From: a virus
IMG/VR virus record: IMGVR_UViG_3300025087_000082
Location: 1 to 56,426 of that record
DNA: 56,426 nt
Direction: 5' to 3' (one strand)
The number at the start of each line of letters is the position of its first letter. The stretch's first letter is position 1. Positions 34,490 through 39,985 of the stretch are shown here, piece after piece. Position numbers and translations under genes: made by a program. The notes below the pieces were generated by a model that saw nothing but the letters and a program-made list of their open reading frames with translations, made no database searches and was not told the origin of the DNA.

Positions 34490-34594
34490 GGCTTCTTGGA
34501 CTGCGGGATGCCAATGATCGCTAACAACATCAACATGCCGCCATTCAGAACCGCTTAGATATATTTCTCGAAAACAAACTTTACACTTTTCCAT
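34394..34594 (-). CDS. Cassette E ORF (66 aa, CxxC...HxxH)
   Basis: GGAAGAAGGAAAC lies before the ATG at 34594. MEKCKVCFREIY... Confidence 0.55.
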   Translation of the reverse strand: MEKCKVCFREIYLSGSEWRHVDVVSDHWHPAVQEAAQQSVQPTIESIGKMPAVVISSKGKQPVKGG

Positions 34595-34618
34595 GTTTCC
34601 TTCTTCCTGGGCGAGTCC

Positions 34619-34730
34619 GCCCAACGGCTCGCTTTAGCGGCTGACCGCTGGCAGAGCCTTTTTGGATTTCGTAACCTTTGCGGGCTTTTCGGCGTGCTCG
34701 TCAATTAGTCCGCTGCACGCTTTGTTAGAC
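34619..34730 (-). repeat. attC-like site 6
   Basis: GTCTAAC-AAAGC-GTGCAGCGG-A-CTAA ... CCGC-TAAAGCGAGCC-GTTGGGC. Confidence 0.8.
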
Positions 34731-34852
34731 GCCCACACGACATATTGTGAAAGCTGCGAGCCGCGCCCGCGCTGGACTCGGAAGCCACAGGCACGGGCAG
34801 CGGCGACGATTTGCTCATAACGATCATCTGTGAAGTAGATGGACTTAGGCAT
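34634..34852 (-). CDS. Cassette D ORF 2 (72 aa, possible ribbon-helix-helix DNA-binding protein)
   Basis: The N-terminus MPKSIYFTDDRYEQIVAAARACGF has the beta-strand-then-helix pattern of CopG/Arc-type proteins. The basic tail is encoded through attC 6. Confidence 0.5.
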   Translation of the reverse strand: MPKSIYFTDDRYEQIVAAARACGFRVQRGRGSQLSQYVVWASNKACSGLIDEHAEKPAKVTKSKKALPAVSR

Positions 34853-34879
34853 TATTTAGGTTTCTGAGGGACAACGCCA

Positions 34880-35113
34880 TTATCTGTTTGCTTTCCAGTG
34901 ATTGATCGGCGCAATTTCCTTCATAGCCTTTTCAAATTCTTCCAGTGTTTTGAAGGTATCGTGACCGATCTCTCCTGTTTCGTCTTGACCGAAGTATGTC
35001 AGGCGATAACCACCCATCAATTCTTCGGTGGCGACTGTGGAAGAACTATCTTCCATTTCAAAAACTAAGCCGCCGTTGTATTCTCGCAGTTGATATTGTT
35101 TCTTGTCGTTCAT
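34880..35113 (-). CDS. Cassette D ORF 1 (77 aa, acidic)
   Basis: GGAG lies before the ATG at 35113. Confidence 0.6.
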   Translation of the reverse strand: MNDKKQYQLREYNGGLVFEMEDSSSTVATEELMGGYRLTYFGQDETGEIGHDTFKTLEEFEKAMKEIAPINHWKANR

Positions 35114-35130
35114 TTCGATCTCCTTTTTGT

Positions 35131-35142
35131 AATCTATAGATT
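35131..35142. promoter_or_regulatory. Perfect 12-bp palindrome AATCTATAGATT (operator-like), copy 1
   Basis: Lies between the -10 and the RBS of the 34880..35113 gene. Confidence 0.6.
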
Positions 35143-35143
35143 T

Positions 35144-35171
35144 ATTTTACTACTAATCTATAGATTGTCAA
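35144..35171 (-). promoter_or_regulatory. Cassette-internal sigma70-type promoter
   Basis: Minus strand: TTGACA (35171..35166), 16 nt spacer, TAAAAT (35149..35144). It overlaps two operator-like palindromes. Confidence 0.55.
35155..35166. promoter_or_regulatory. Perfect 12-bp palindrome AATCTATAGATT (operator-like), copy 2
   Basis: Abuts the -35 hexamer. Centres of the two copies are 24 bp apart. Confidence 0.6.
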
Positions 35172-35196
35172 GGGTGAGTTTTTACGCTTTCTGGGC

Positions 35197-35323
35197 GTCT
35201 AACGGCTGGTTTTAGCTGCGGGGCGGTTCCTGGGTGACATTACTCCAATCAAAATCACCCATGCTGCCATCGTCCATTTTGCGCCAACCCGTAGCCCCGT
35301 CAGACTGCAAACCTTTGTTAGGC
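35197..35323 (-). repeat. attC-like site 7
   Basis: GCCTAAC-AAAGG-TTTGCAGTCTG-A-CGGGGC ... GCCCCGCAGC-TAAAACCAGCC-GTTAGAC. The cassette ORF stops at the TAA inside R''. Confidence 0.8.
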
Positions 35324-35443
35324 GGCTATTTCACCTTGCAGAAAACCTATAACCTGCTCGGCTGTTGTAAAACCATACTTCCATGAGTTGCCATCCTCTT
35401 TTACGAAAATCAATTCAATGACAAAAAGGTTATCTAAATTCAT
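35318..35443 (-). CDS. Cassette C ORF (41 aa)
   Basis: GAAAGGAAG lies before the ATG at 35443. MNLDNLFVIELIFVKEDGNSWKYGFTTAEQVIGFLQGEIAA. The stop lies in R'' of attC 7. Confidence 0.45.
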   Translation of the reverse strand: MNLDNLFVIELIFVKEDGNSWKYGFTTAEQVIGFLQGEIAA

Positions 35444-35466
35444 AACTTCCTTTCGGCGGAGCGTCC

Positions 35467-35592
35467 GCCCAACGGCTCGCTTTAGCGGCGGCGTATTACG
35501 CCTCATGCTCCCGCTTGATAATCGCTTCCATTTCGCCACGCTTCACAGCCTCGGCAGACCGTTCAGCCGTCCGCTGCAAGCGTTTGTTAGCC
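35467..35592 (-). repeat. attC-like site 8
   Basis: GGCTAAC-AAACG-CTTGCAGCGG-A-CGGC ... GCCGCCGC-TAAAGCGAGCC-GTTGGGC. Confidence 0.85.
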
Positions 35593-35777
35593 CGCCCCCG
35601 TGCATTACAGAGCGCCCATTGTGCCTGAGCCAAAGACGGCGCAAGATCATCGCAGTTGAAGCCATCAACTTCGAATAAGCCCCACGCATCATCCATTTCC
35701 AAAATTTCAGGATGTGACGGAATTAGCGCAAGGATTCTATCTGCCAATTCATTACCAGTTGATTCATAATTCAACAT
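35496..35777 (-). CDS. Cassette B ORF (93 aa)
   Basis: AGAAAGGAA lies before the ATG at 35777. The ORF ends inside attC 8. Confidence 0.6.
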   Translation of the reverse strand: MLNYESTGNELADRILALIPSHPEILEMDDAWGLFEVDGFNCDDLAPSLAQAQWALCNARGRANKRLQRTAERSAEAVKRGEMEAIIKREHEA

Positions 35778-35805
35778 TTCAAATTCCTTTCTTTTGCCCG
35801 TAGCG

Positions 35806-35934
35806 GGCTAACGGCTTGCGTTAGCGGTTTGCCGAGCCGTGAACGGGACAATTAGGATCAATACTCAACGTCGTTGGAGTCGGTCGCGTGGAGCAGGTGC
35901 ATACCGGCAAATCCGCTGCACGCATTTGTTGGGC
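35806..35934 (-). repeat. attC-like site 9 (first complete site)
   Basis: GCCCAAC-AAATG-CGTGCAGCGG-A-TTTGCCGG ... CGGCAAACCGC-TAACGCAAGCC-GTTAGCC. Confidence 0.85.
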
Positions 35935-36048
35935 GGCTTTACAATCCAGGCACGTACATTCGGCGATAACGTAGGTTGTTTGGGATATAAACTTTGCACC
36001 GCACAACGCCATTGACCCATCACCACCGTTTGAAATTAGATGAACCAT
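35821..36048 (-). CDS. Cassette A ORF (75 aa, Cys-rich)
   Basis: AGAAAGGTG lies before the ATG at 36048. MVHLISNGGDGSMALCGAKF...CTCLDC... The 3' end runs through attC 9. Confidence 0.55.
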   Translation of the reverse strand: MVHLISNGGDGSMALCGAKFISQTTYVIAECTCLDCKAAQQMRAADLPVCTCSTRPTPTTLSIDPNCPVHGSANR

Positions 36049-36073
36049 AAGACACCTTTCTGCGGAACAAGTC

Positions 36074-36080
36074 CGCCCAA
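36074..36080 (-). repeat. Orphan R' box (GTTGGGC) at the head of the array (attI-like junction?)
   Basis: GTTGGGCGGAC is identical to the internal R' boxes, but the upstream flank (ggaataactccgtagataccata) lacks the L' consensus and no R'' partner lies upstream. Confidence 0.55.
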
Positions 36081-36097
36081 CTATGGTATCTACGGAG

Positions 36098-36271
36098 TTA
36101 TTCCGTATAACATCCCGCATGGGGATGTTTTTCCGGCTCCTCATCCAGCGCGTCATGATCATATGTACACTCCCAGCCCACGAGCGTCAGTTCCATCTCG
36201 TGATCGCAGATGCGGCAGACAGGATCGCCGTCCGGGGGTTCTGAGGGGGGGTCGAAGGTGAGGCGGGTCAT
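36098..36271 (-). CDS. Small Cys-containing protein (57 aa), third gene of the pre-array operon
   Basis: Hand translation: MTRLTFDPPSEPPDGDPVCRICDHEMELTLVGWECTYDHDALDEEPEKHPHAGCYTE. ATGA overlap with the upstream stop. Confidence 0.5.
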   Translation of the reverse strand: MTRLTFDPPSEPPDGDPVCRICDHEMELTLVGWECTYDHDALDEEPEKHPHAGCYTE

Positions 36272-36495
36272 GCTGGCTCCTGGGCGGTCTTAGCTGATGC
36301 GTGAAATTTTCCGGCAGGAACCGTTTCGGATGTGCCATCGGCATACCGCAGGCATAATATATTGTGATAACCCCACGTAGTACCCGCGCGGCGTGTGCGA
36401 AATCGGTTTATGATAGCGCATTGTTTCCCGTTATAAATAAATGTGAGTTTATTTGTTACCTGATTACCAATGCTGTATTTCATTTGTGTGTTCAT
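36268..36495 (-). CDS. Hypothetical protein (75 aa)
   Basis: The ATG at 36495 forms an ATGA overlap with the upstream stop. Confidence 0.55.
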   Translation of the reverse strand: MNTQMKYSIGNQVTNKLTFIYNGKQCAIINRFRTRRAGTTWGYHNILCLRYADGTSETVPAGKFHASAKTAQEPA

Positions 36496-36740
36496 GCCGG
36501 CACATCCCATACAATAGGCTTAGCACCCTTCGGGGCATGTTCAGCGCAATACCAGTGTCCAACATTGCACCATGATGGATTCTTTGATGGATCACAAACT
36601 GTGGCAAGGGTAGCAGGTCTCCCGCACCACACCGCGCTGGACATTGCCCATGATAACTTGCTGTCATCGTGTCCAACAATAGCAGCACAAGTAATCAGTG
36701 TATCCCCTTCATGTAATTTTCCATCTGCGTGTGTATTCAT
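36492..36740 (-). CDS. Hypothetical Cys/Trp-rich protein (82 aa), first gene of the leftward operon
   Basis: AAAAGGAAAAC lies before the ATG at 36740. Confidence 0.6.
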   Translation of the reverse strand: MNTHADGKLHEGDTLITCAAIVGHDDSKLSWAMSSAVWCGRPATLATVCDPSKNPSWCNVGHWYCAEHAPKGAKPIVWDVPA

Positions 36741-36765
36741 GTTCGTTTTCCTTTTCTATGCCTGG

Positions 36766-36794
36766 ATTATAAAGCAGGAATATGAATTTGTCAA
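36766..36794 (-). promoter_or_regulatory. Consensus sigma70 promoter driving the leftward operon and cassette array
   Basis: Minus strand: TTGACA (36794..36789), 17 nt spacer, TATAAT (36771..36766). Confidence 0.75.
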
Positions 36795-36804
36795 GCCTTA
36801 TGAC
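36790..36804. promoter_or_regulatory. 15-bp inverted repeat, left arm (GTCAAGCCTTATGAC)
   Basis: Perfect reverse complement of 36852..36866. It overlaps the leftward -35. Confidence 0.85.
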
Positions 36805-36825
36805 ATGCCAATTATTGCCAGAATG

Positions 36826-36839
36826 TTACAAACTTGTAA
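36826..36839. promoter_or_regulatory. Central palindrome TTACAA-ac-TTGTAA
   Basis: 6-bp arms, near the midpoint between the two 15-bp arms. Confidence 0.5.
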
Positions 36840-36851
36840 TGGAGGAATATC

Positions 36852-36866
36852 GTCATAAGGCTTGAC
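36852..36866. promoter_or_regulatory. 15-bp inverted repeat, right arm (GTCATAAGGCTTGAC)
   Basis: Overlaps the rightward -35. Confidence 0.85.
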
Positions 36867-36890
36867 ACGGCAGAGTTTATCGGTTATGCT
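36862..36890 (+). promoter_or_regulatory. Sigma70 promoter for the rightward operon (near-leaderless HTH gene)
   Basis: TTGACA, 17 nt spacer, TATGCT. The ATG at 36897 lies only 6 nt after the -10. Confidence 0.7.
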
Positions 36891-36896
36891 TGGGGC

Positions 36897-37136
36897 ATGA
36901 AAAAGAATTACATCACTCCCCCGTCCCGCCGTGCGCTGGAAATCGAAGTCGAGCAGACCCGCCGCGAATATGCAAAGCGGGCTAGAAAGCTGTTGCAAAA
37001 TGGCAAGTCACTGAGACAGACTGGAGATATTATCGGCGTGAGTTACGAGACGATCAGGGCGTGGATGAAAAAATACTATCCATCAGATAAGGAGGCCGAA
37101 GGGGAAGTGTACCCTTTTGATGAGTTACAAGTCTAG
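36897..37136 (+). CDS. HTH DNA-binding regulator (79 aa)
   Basis: SLRQTGDIIGVSYETIRAWMKK helix-turn-helix. First gene at the switch region. Confidence 0.65.
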   Translation: MKKNYITPPSRRALEIEVEQTRREYAKRARKLLQNGKSLRQTGDIIGVSYETIRAWMKKYYPSDKEAEGEVYPFDELQV

Positions 37137-37146
37137 TGATAGAATA

Positions 37147-37229
37147 AGAAAAAGCCCGTCACGTGAATGACGGGCAGGCAACTGAGCATCTCAACTTCTC
37201 CGGTTAAGCAGCTCTTCCCCATAATACCA
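37147..37229 (-). ncRNA. Candidate ~70-nt leftward small RNA (extended -10 promoter plus intrinsic terminator)
   Basis: Minus strand has TGgTATTAT (37229..37221). Hairpin GCCCGTCA-6 nt-TGACGGGC (37175..37154) is followed by TTTTTCTTATT. No plus-strand T-run. Confidence 0.25.
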
Positions 37230-37266
37230 CAACGGTAGAAAATGGGGTAGGGCGGAAAGGTCAAGA

Positions 37267-37626
37267 ATGTACAACCCACTAAAAGCAGAAACAATCAAAC
37301 GTATCTCCCAGGCGCAGGTAGCCGTCCGCGCCGCCACGTTGCAGGAGCAGCTTGAAATCCTGGACGAGCAGATCGCGAAGATCAAAGGCTGGATCACCGT
37401 GTACACAAAGGCGAGACAGACAAAAGGAGTAGTCGTCCATCAGGCGACACTCGCCCGCATCGAGATGGAACGCGAGCAGATCAAGGCAGAAATTTATGCT
37501 GCTGATATGAAGCCGCAACTTGATGAGTTTCTGGAGCGTGTCGGGACTGCATTGAACCTGACACCTGCAACCGTAGCCGAGAACCCTGACGACTGGGCGC
37601 GCCTGCTGAAAGCGGTGCGATCATGA
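37267..37626 (+). CDS. Hypothetical coiled-coil protein
   Basis: GGAAAGG lies before the ATG. 119 aa. Confidence 0.6.
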   Translation: MYNPLKAETIKRISQAQVAVRAATLQEQLEILDEQIAKIKGWITVYTKARQTKGVVVHQATLARIEMEREQIKAEIYAADMKPQLDEFLERVGTALNLTPATVAENPDDWARLLKAVRS

Positions 37627-37913
37627 GCGAACGCTATTCGAACAAACGTGCCTTACATCGCCAGGGCGGGCGCTTCTATAAGCCGACCGCTGCGGACTTC
37701 GGGATTGGCGGATTTTGCAAAATCCATCACCGCATGTTGCTGAGAGTTTATGACGGCGACCCGACAATCGGCACGCCTGACCCGCGCTTATTCCGTTATC
37801 GCTGCTTCGCGTGTGAACCTGAAACAGACGCAGAGAAGCAGGAAAGGGAAGCAAAGGAAGCCGCTGAGCCGAAATTCTCGTTGGCTACATTTATGGAAAG
37901 GGGAATGAAATGA
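37623..37913 (+). CDS. Hypothetical protein
   Basis: ATGA overlap. 96 aa. Confidence 0.5.
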   Translation: MSERYSNKRALHRQGGRFYKPTAADFGIGGFCKIHHRMLLRVYDGDPTIGTPDPRLFRYRCFACEPETDAEKQEREAKEAAEPKFSLATFMERGMK

Positions 37914-38149
37914 CCGACAACGAGTATGTCGATTTGATCTTTGAGGAACTCTACGCACATGCCGCATTCGAAGCGGATGACTGCGACGAGAACCTGAGCG
38001 AATGGGCGCACCTATCCCGCACATTGAGTCGGGAGCGAGCCGAGCGCGCCGCAAGCCGAGCGCCGCAATTGCCCCCCGCTGAGGCCTCCTCAGACACCTG
38101 GGAAGCGCAGGCGCTGGACAGCGGGTACGGATCGGGAGGTGTGATGTGA
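37910..38149 (+). CDS. Hypothetical acidic protein
   Basis: ATGA overlap. 79 aa. Confidence 0.5.
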   Translation: MTDNEYVDLIFEELYAHAAFEADDCDENLSEWAHLSRTLSRERAERAASRAPQLPPAEASSDTWEAQALDSGYGSGGVM

Positions 38150-38403
38150 AGCGCACAAAACAATGGTGGTCTGCATTGTCCAAAGCAGAACGGTCGTATC
38201 TTGTGTACGCAGAGCGTTTCCAAAACAGTTATTCGGGCATGGGCGGATACCTGCCTGACGATTGTTCGGAATGTCGGGTTTGTGGCGATCCTATGCTGGG
38301 AAGCGGTACATGTACATATTGCATAAACAAAATATCCAAACTAATTACAAAAGCAAACTCCGCGCCGCGTGGCGGTGCGAGTAAACAAACAGAAAAGGAG
38401 TAA
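38146..38403 (+). CDS. Zinc-ribbon protein
   Basis: CSECRVCG...CTYC. Confidence 0.5.
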   Translation: MKRTKQWWSALSKAERSYLVYAERFQNSYSGMGGYLPDDCSECRVCGDPMLGSGTCTYCINKISKLITKANSAPRGGASKQTEKE

Positions 38404-38405
38404 CA

Positions 38406-38966
38406 ATGTTAGATCAAGCAATTACACCCTTGCAGGAAATTGCCCAGCCCGCCGAAGCGGGATTCTCAACCAATATGTTTCTCAATCATCCGATGATGGG
38501 CCGCGTCCAGTTCACGTTCCGCGGCGCAACCGCCCGCGATTGGGGAACTGTGATGGAGGACGTAGGGCGCTTCCTGCACTACATGAAAGACAAGGGCTGG
38601 AACTTTGACGGCTATGCCGCCGCGAAGCCAGCCGAAGCCCCGCAAACACCCCAACCCCCCGATCCTAATGAGCCGCAATATACAAACGTTGATGACAGTG
38701 GCAGCGAACTGCCGCCCGTCAAATCGTTCGTGGCTGAAAGGCTATCCGTCAAGATGGAAGATGGTAAATACTTCTACAAGGTCATGGGCGGGCAGTTCAA
38801 CCAGTGGGGCATTAGCGTATGGCCTGAGGTGCTTGAGGCTTGCAGGATCAACGTCACTGACCCCGCCAGCCCTCCAAGCATCAACGGCTGGACGGCTGAG
38901 TACACCGAGATACAGAAGGACGGCAAGACCCGCCGCAAGGTGACGCGGTTACTGCCACCTAAATAA
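38406..38966 (+). CDS. Hypothetical protein (186 aa)
   Basis: AAAAGGAG lies before the ATG. Pro-rich linker in the centre. Confidence 0.6.
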   Translation: MLDQAITPLQEIAQPAEAGFSTNMFLNHPMMGRVQFTFRGATARDWGTVMEDVGRFLHYMKDKGWNFDGYAAAKPAEAPQTPQPPDPNEPQYTNVDDSGSELPPVKSFVAERLSVKMEDGKYFYKVMGGQFNQWGISVWPEVLEACRINVTDPASPPSINGWTAEYTEIQKDGKTRRKVTRLLPPK

Positions 38967-38978
38967 CCCCTGCCTCCC

Positions 38979-39010
38979 CCCAGCGCGGCATCTTGGCTCG
39001 CCGCGCTGGG
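38979..39010 (+). other. 11-bp stem hairpin
   Basis: CCCAGCGCGGC-10 nt-GCCGCGCTGGG. No T-run. Confidence 0.5.
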
Positions 39011-39032
39011 AGGAAGAAACAGAAAGAAGGAC

Positions 39033-39122
39033 ATGATAAAGCAGTGTAGCAAGTGCAAGCATTGGAAGTTGTTTACGGAGTTCAAAAAAGACAAGAGGCG
39101 CAAAAGTGGGTTAAGTGGATAA
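39033..39122 (+). pseudogene. 29-aa remnant resembling the Zn-ribbon N-terminus of phage HNH/homing endonucleases
   Basis: MIKQCSKCKHWKLFTEFKKDKRRKSGLSG, then a stop. Confidence 0.35.
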
Positions 39123-39221
39123 GGATTGTTCTCTGCTGTCTGCCCACCTGATAGCGCACCCTACCCTGGGACAGGCGACGAGTCACGGACGCTAGACGTG
39201 ACGGGCAGACAGGAGCGAACA

Positions 39222-39434
39222 ATGAAAACAACCATCAAAAGCGAAAGTCTTTTACAGATCGGCTTGAATGAGTTACAGGCGGCTGAGGCGGCTGAATGCG
39301 CAGCCAGCGAAGCGTTCCACGCCTCTAACCTATGGCAAGATCGTGGCGCATGGCTGGCCGCGTGGAACAAGCTAGATAGCTTACGGAAGCTATATGAGCA
39401 GGGCGAGTCTCTGCTACTCTCGAAAGGATTTTGA
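39222..39434 (+). CDS. Hypothetical protein (70 aa)
   Basis: CAGGAG lies before the ATG at 39222. Confidence 0.5.
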   Translation: MKTTIKSESLLQIGLNELQAAEAAECAASEAFHASNLWQDRGAWLAAWNKLDSLRKLYEQGESLLLSKGF

Positions 39435-39435
39435 T

Positions 39436-39795
39436 ATGACCGCATTGGATGAAATGGTGAACCCCCGTTCCGGGGCAAGCGTTGGTGACACATTTATTTA
39501 CAGCGTTCCGGCTGAGGTTGCGCGAGCAGCACCCGCCGAACTCGCCCGCCTGCAAGCAATTGAAGAACATGTAAACGAAGCGGTCGAGAAGATCACCGAC
39601 TGGAAAGACAAAGCATACCCGCTTGGCATCTTTCCAGAACCGGACTTTGAACGGGCGCATGAACTCCTGACAGCAGGCGGAATGTCTCTTGACGCTGTAA
39701 GCGCCTCCGCCATCCGATTTGCGCTAAGCCGCGTGTGCGAGATACTCGCCGCCTGTCTGCCCAGACAGGCGGCGCTGAAAGGACAAACGGAATGA
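39436..39795 (+). CDS. Hypothetical protein (119 aa), paralog of the next gene
   Basis: Begins MTALDEM and contains ELARLQAIEEH. Confidence 0.5.
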   Translation: MTALDEMVNPRSGASVGDTFIYSVPAEVARAAPAELARLQAIEEHVNEAVEKITDWKDKAYPLGIFPEPDFERAHELLTAGGMSLDAVSASAIRFALSRVCEILAACLPRQAALKGQTE

Positions 39796-39983
39796 GCGCA
39801 TTGGATGAACTTATTAGGATTTGTAAAGACGATGAGATTTTGAGGCAATGGGCAAGCGACGCTGAACAGGAACTCGCCCGCCTGCAAGCCATCGAGAAGG
39901 CGGCGCGGAAATACATGGAGCATGACGACAACATGAACCATTCGCGCTATGACGCACTCGCCGCCGCGCTGGGCAAGGAGTAG
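39792..39983 (+). CDS. Hypothetical protein (63 aa), paralog of the previous gene
   Basis: Begins MSALDEL and contains ELARLQAIEKA. Confidence 0.5.
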   Translation: MSALDELIRICKDDEILRQWASDAEQELARLQAIEKAARKYMEHDDNMNHSRYDALAAALGKE

Positions 39984-39985
39984 GG

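Larger units (their letters stand above)
32697..36080 (-). mobile_element. Integron-like gene-cassette array (9 attC-like sites plus 1 orphan R' box; no integrase)
   Basis: Nine 111-142 bp imperfect palindromes, bounded on the minus strand by RYYYAAC ... GTTRRRY. Each follows 1-2 small ORFs. See the individual sites. Confidence 0.8.

Noticed and set aside
32697-36080. The repeat array might be a CRISPR array.
   Set aside because: The repeats are 111-142 bp imperfect palindromes, not 25-40 bp direct repeats. Spacing is irregular (240-600 bp), the intervals hold ORFs with their own RBS, and there are no cas genes.
32697-36080. The recurrent peptide AAQQSVQ might be a conserved protein domain shared by the small ORFs.
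   Set aside because: The same DNA arm is read in different frames in different cassettes (AAQQSVQ, ASNKACS, ANKRLQ, HQQRAL). In one case it contains the stop codon, and conservation continues past the stops. The constraint is therefore on the DNA.
36241-36251. A G7/C7 homopolymer might cause a frameshift in the gene starting at 36271.
   Set aside because: On recounting, one C of the run belongs to the GAC codon. The ATG frame reads straight through (..FDPPSEPPDGDPVCRIC..) to the TAA at 36098. The 61-aa track ORF 36159..36344 is the wrong frame.
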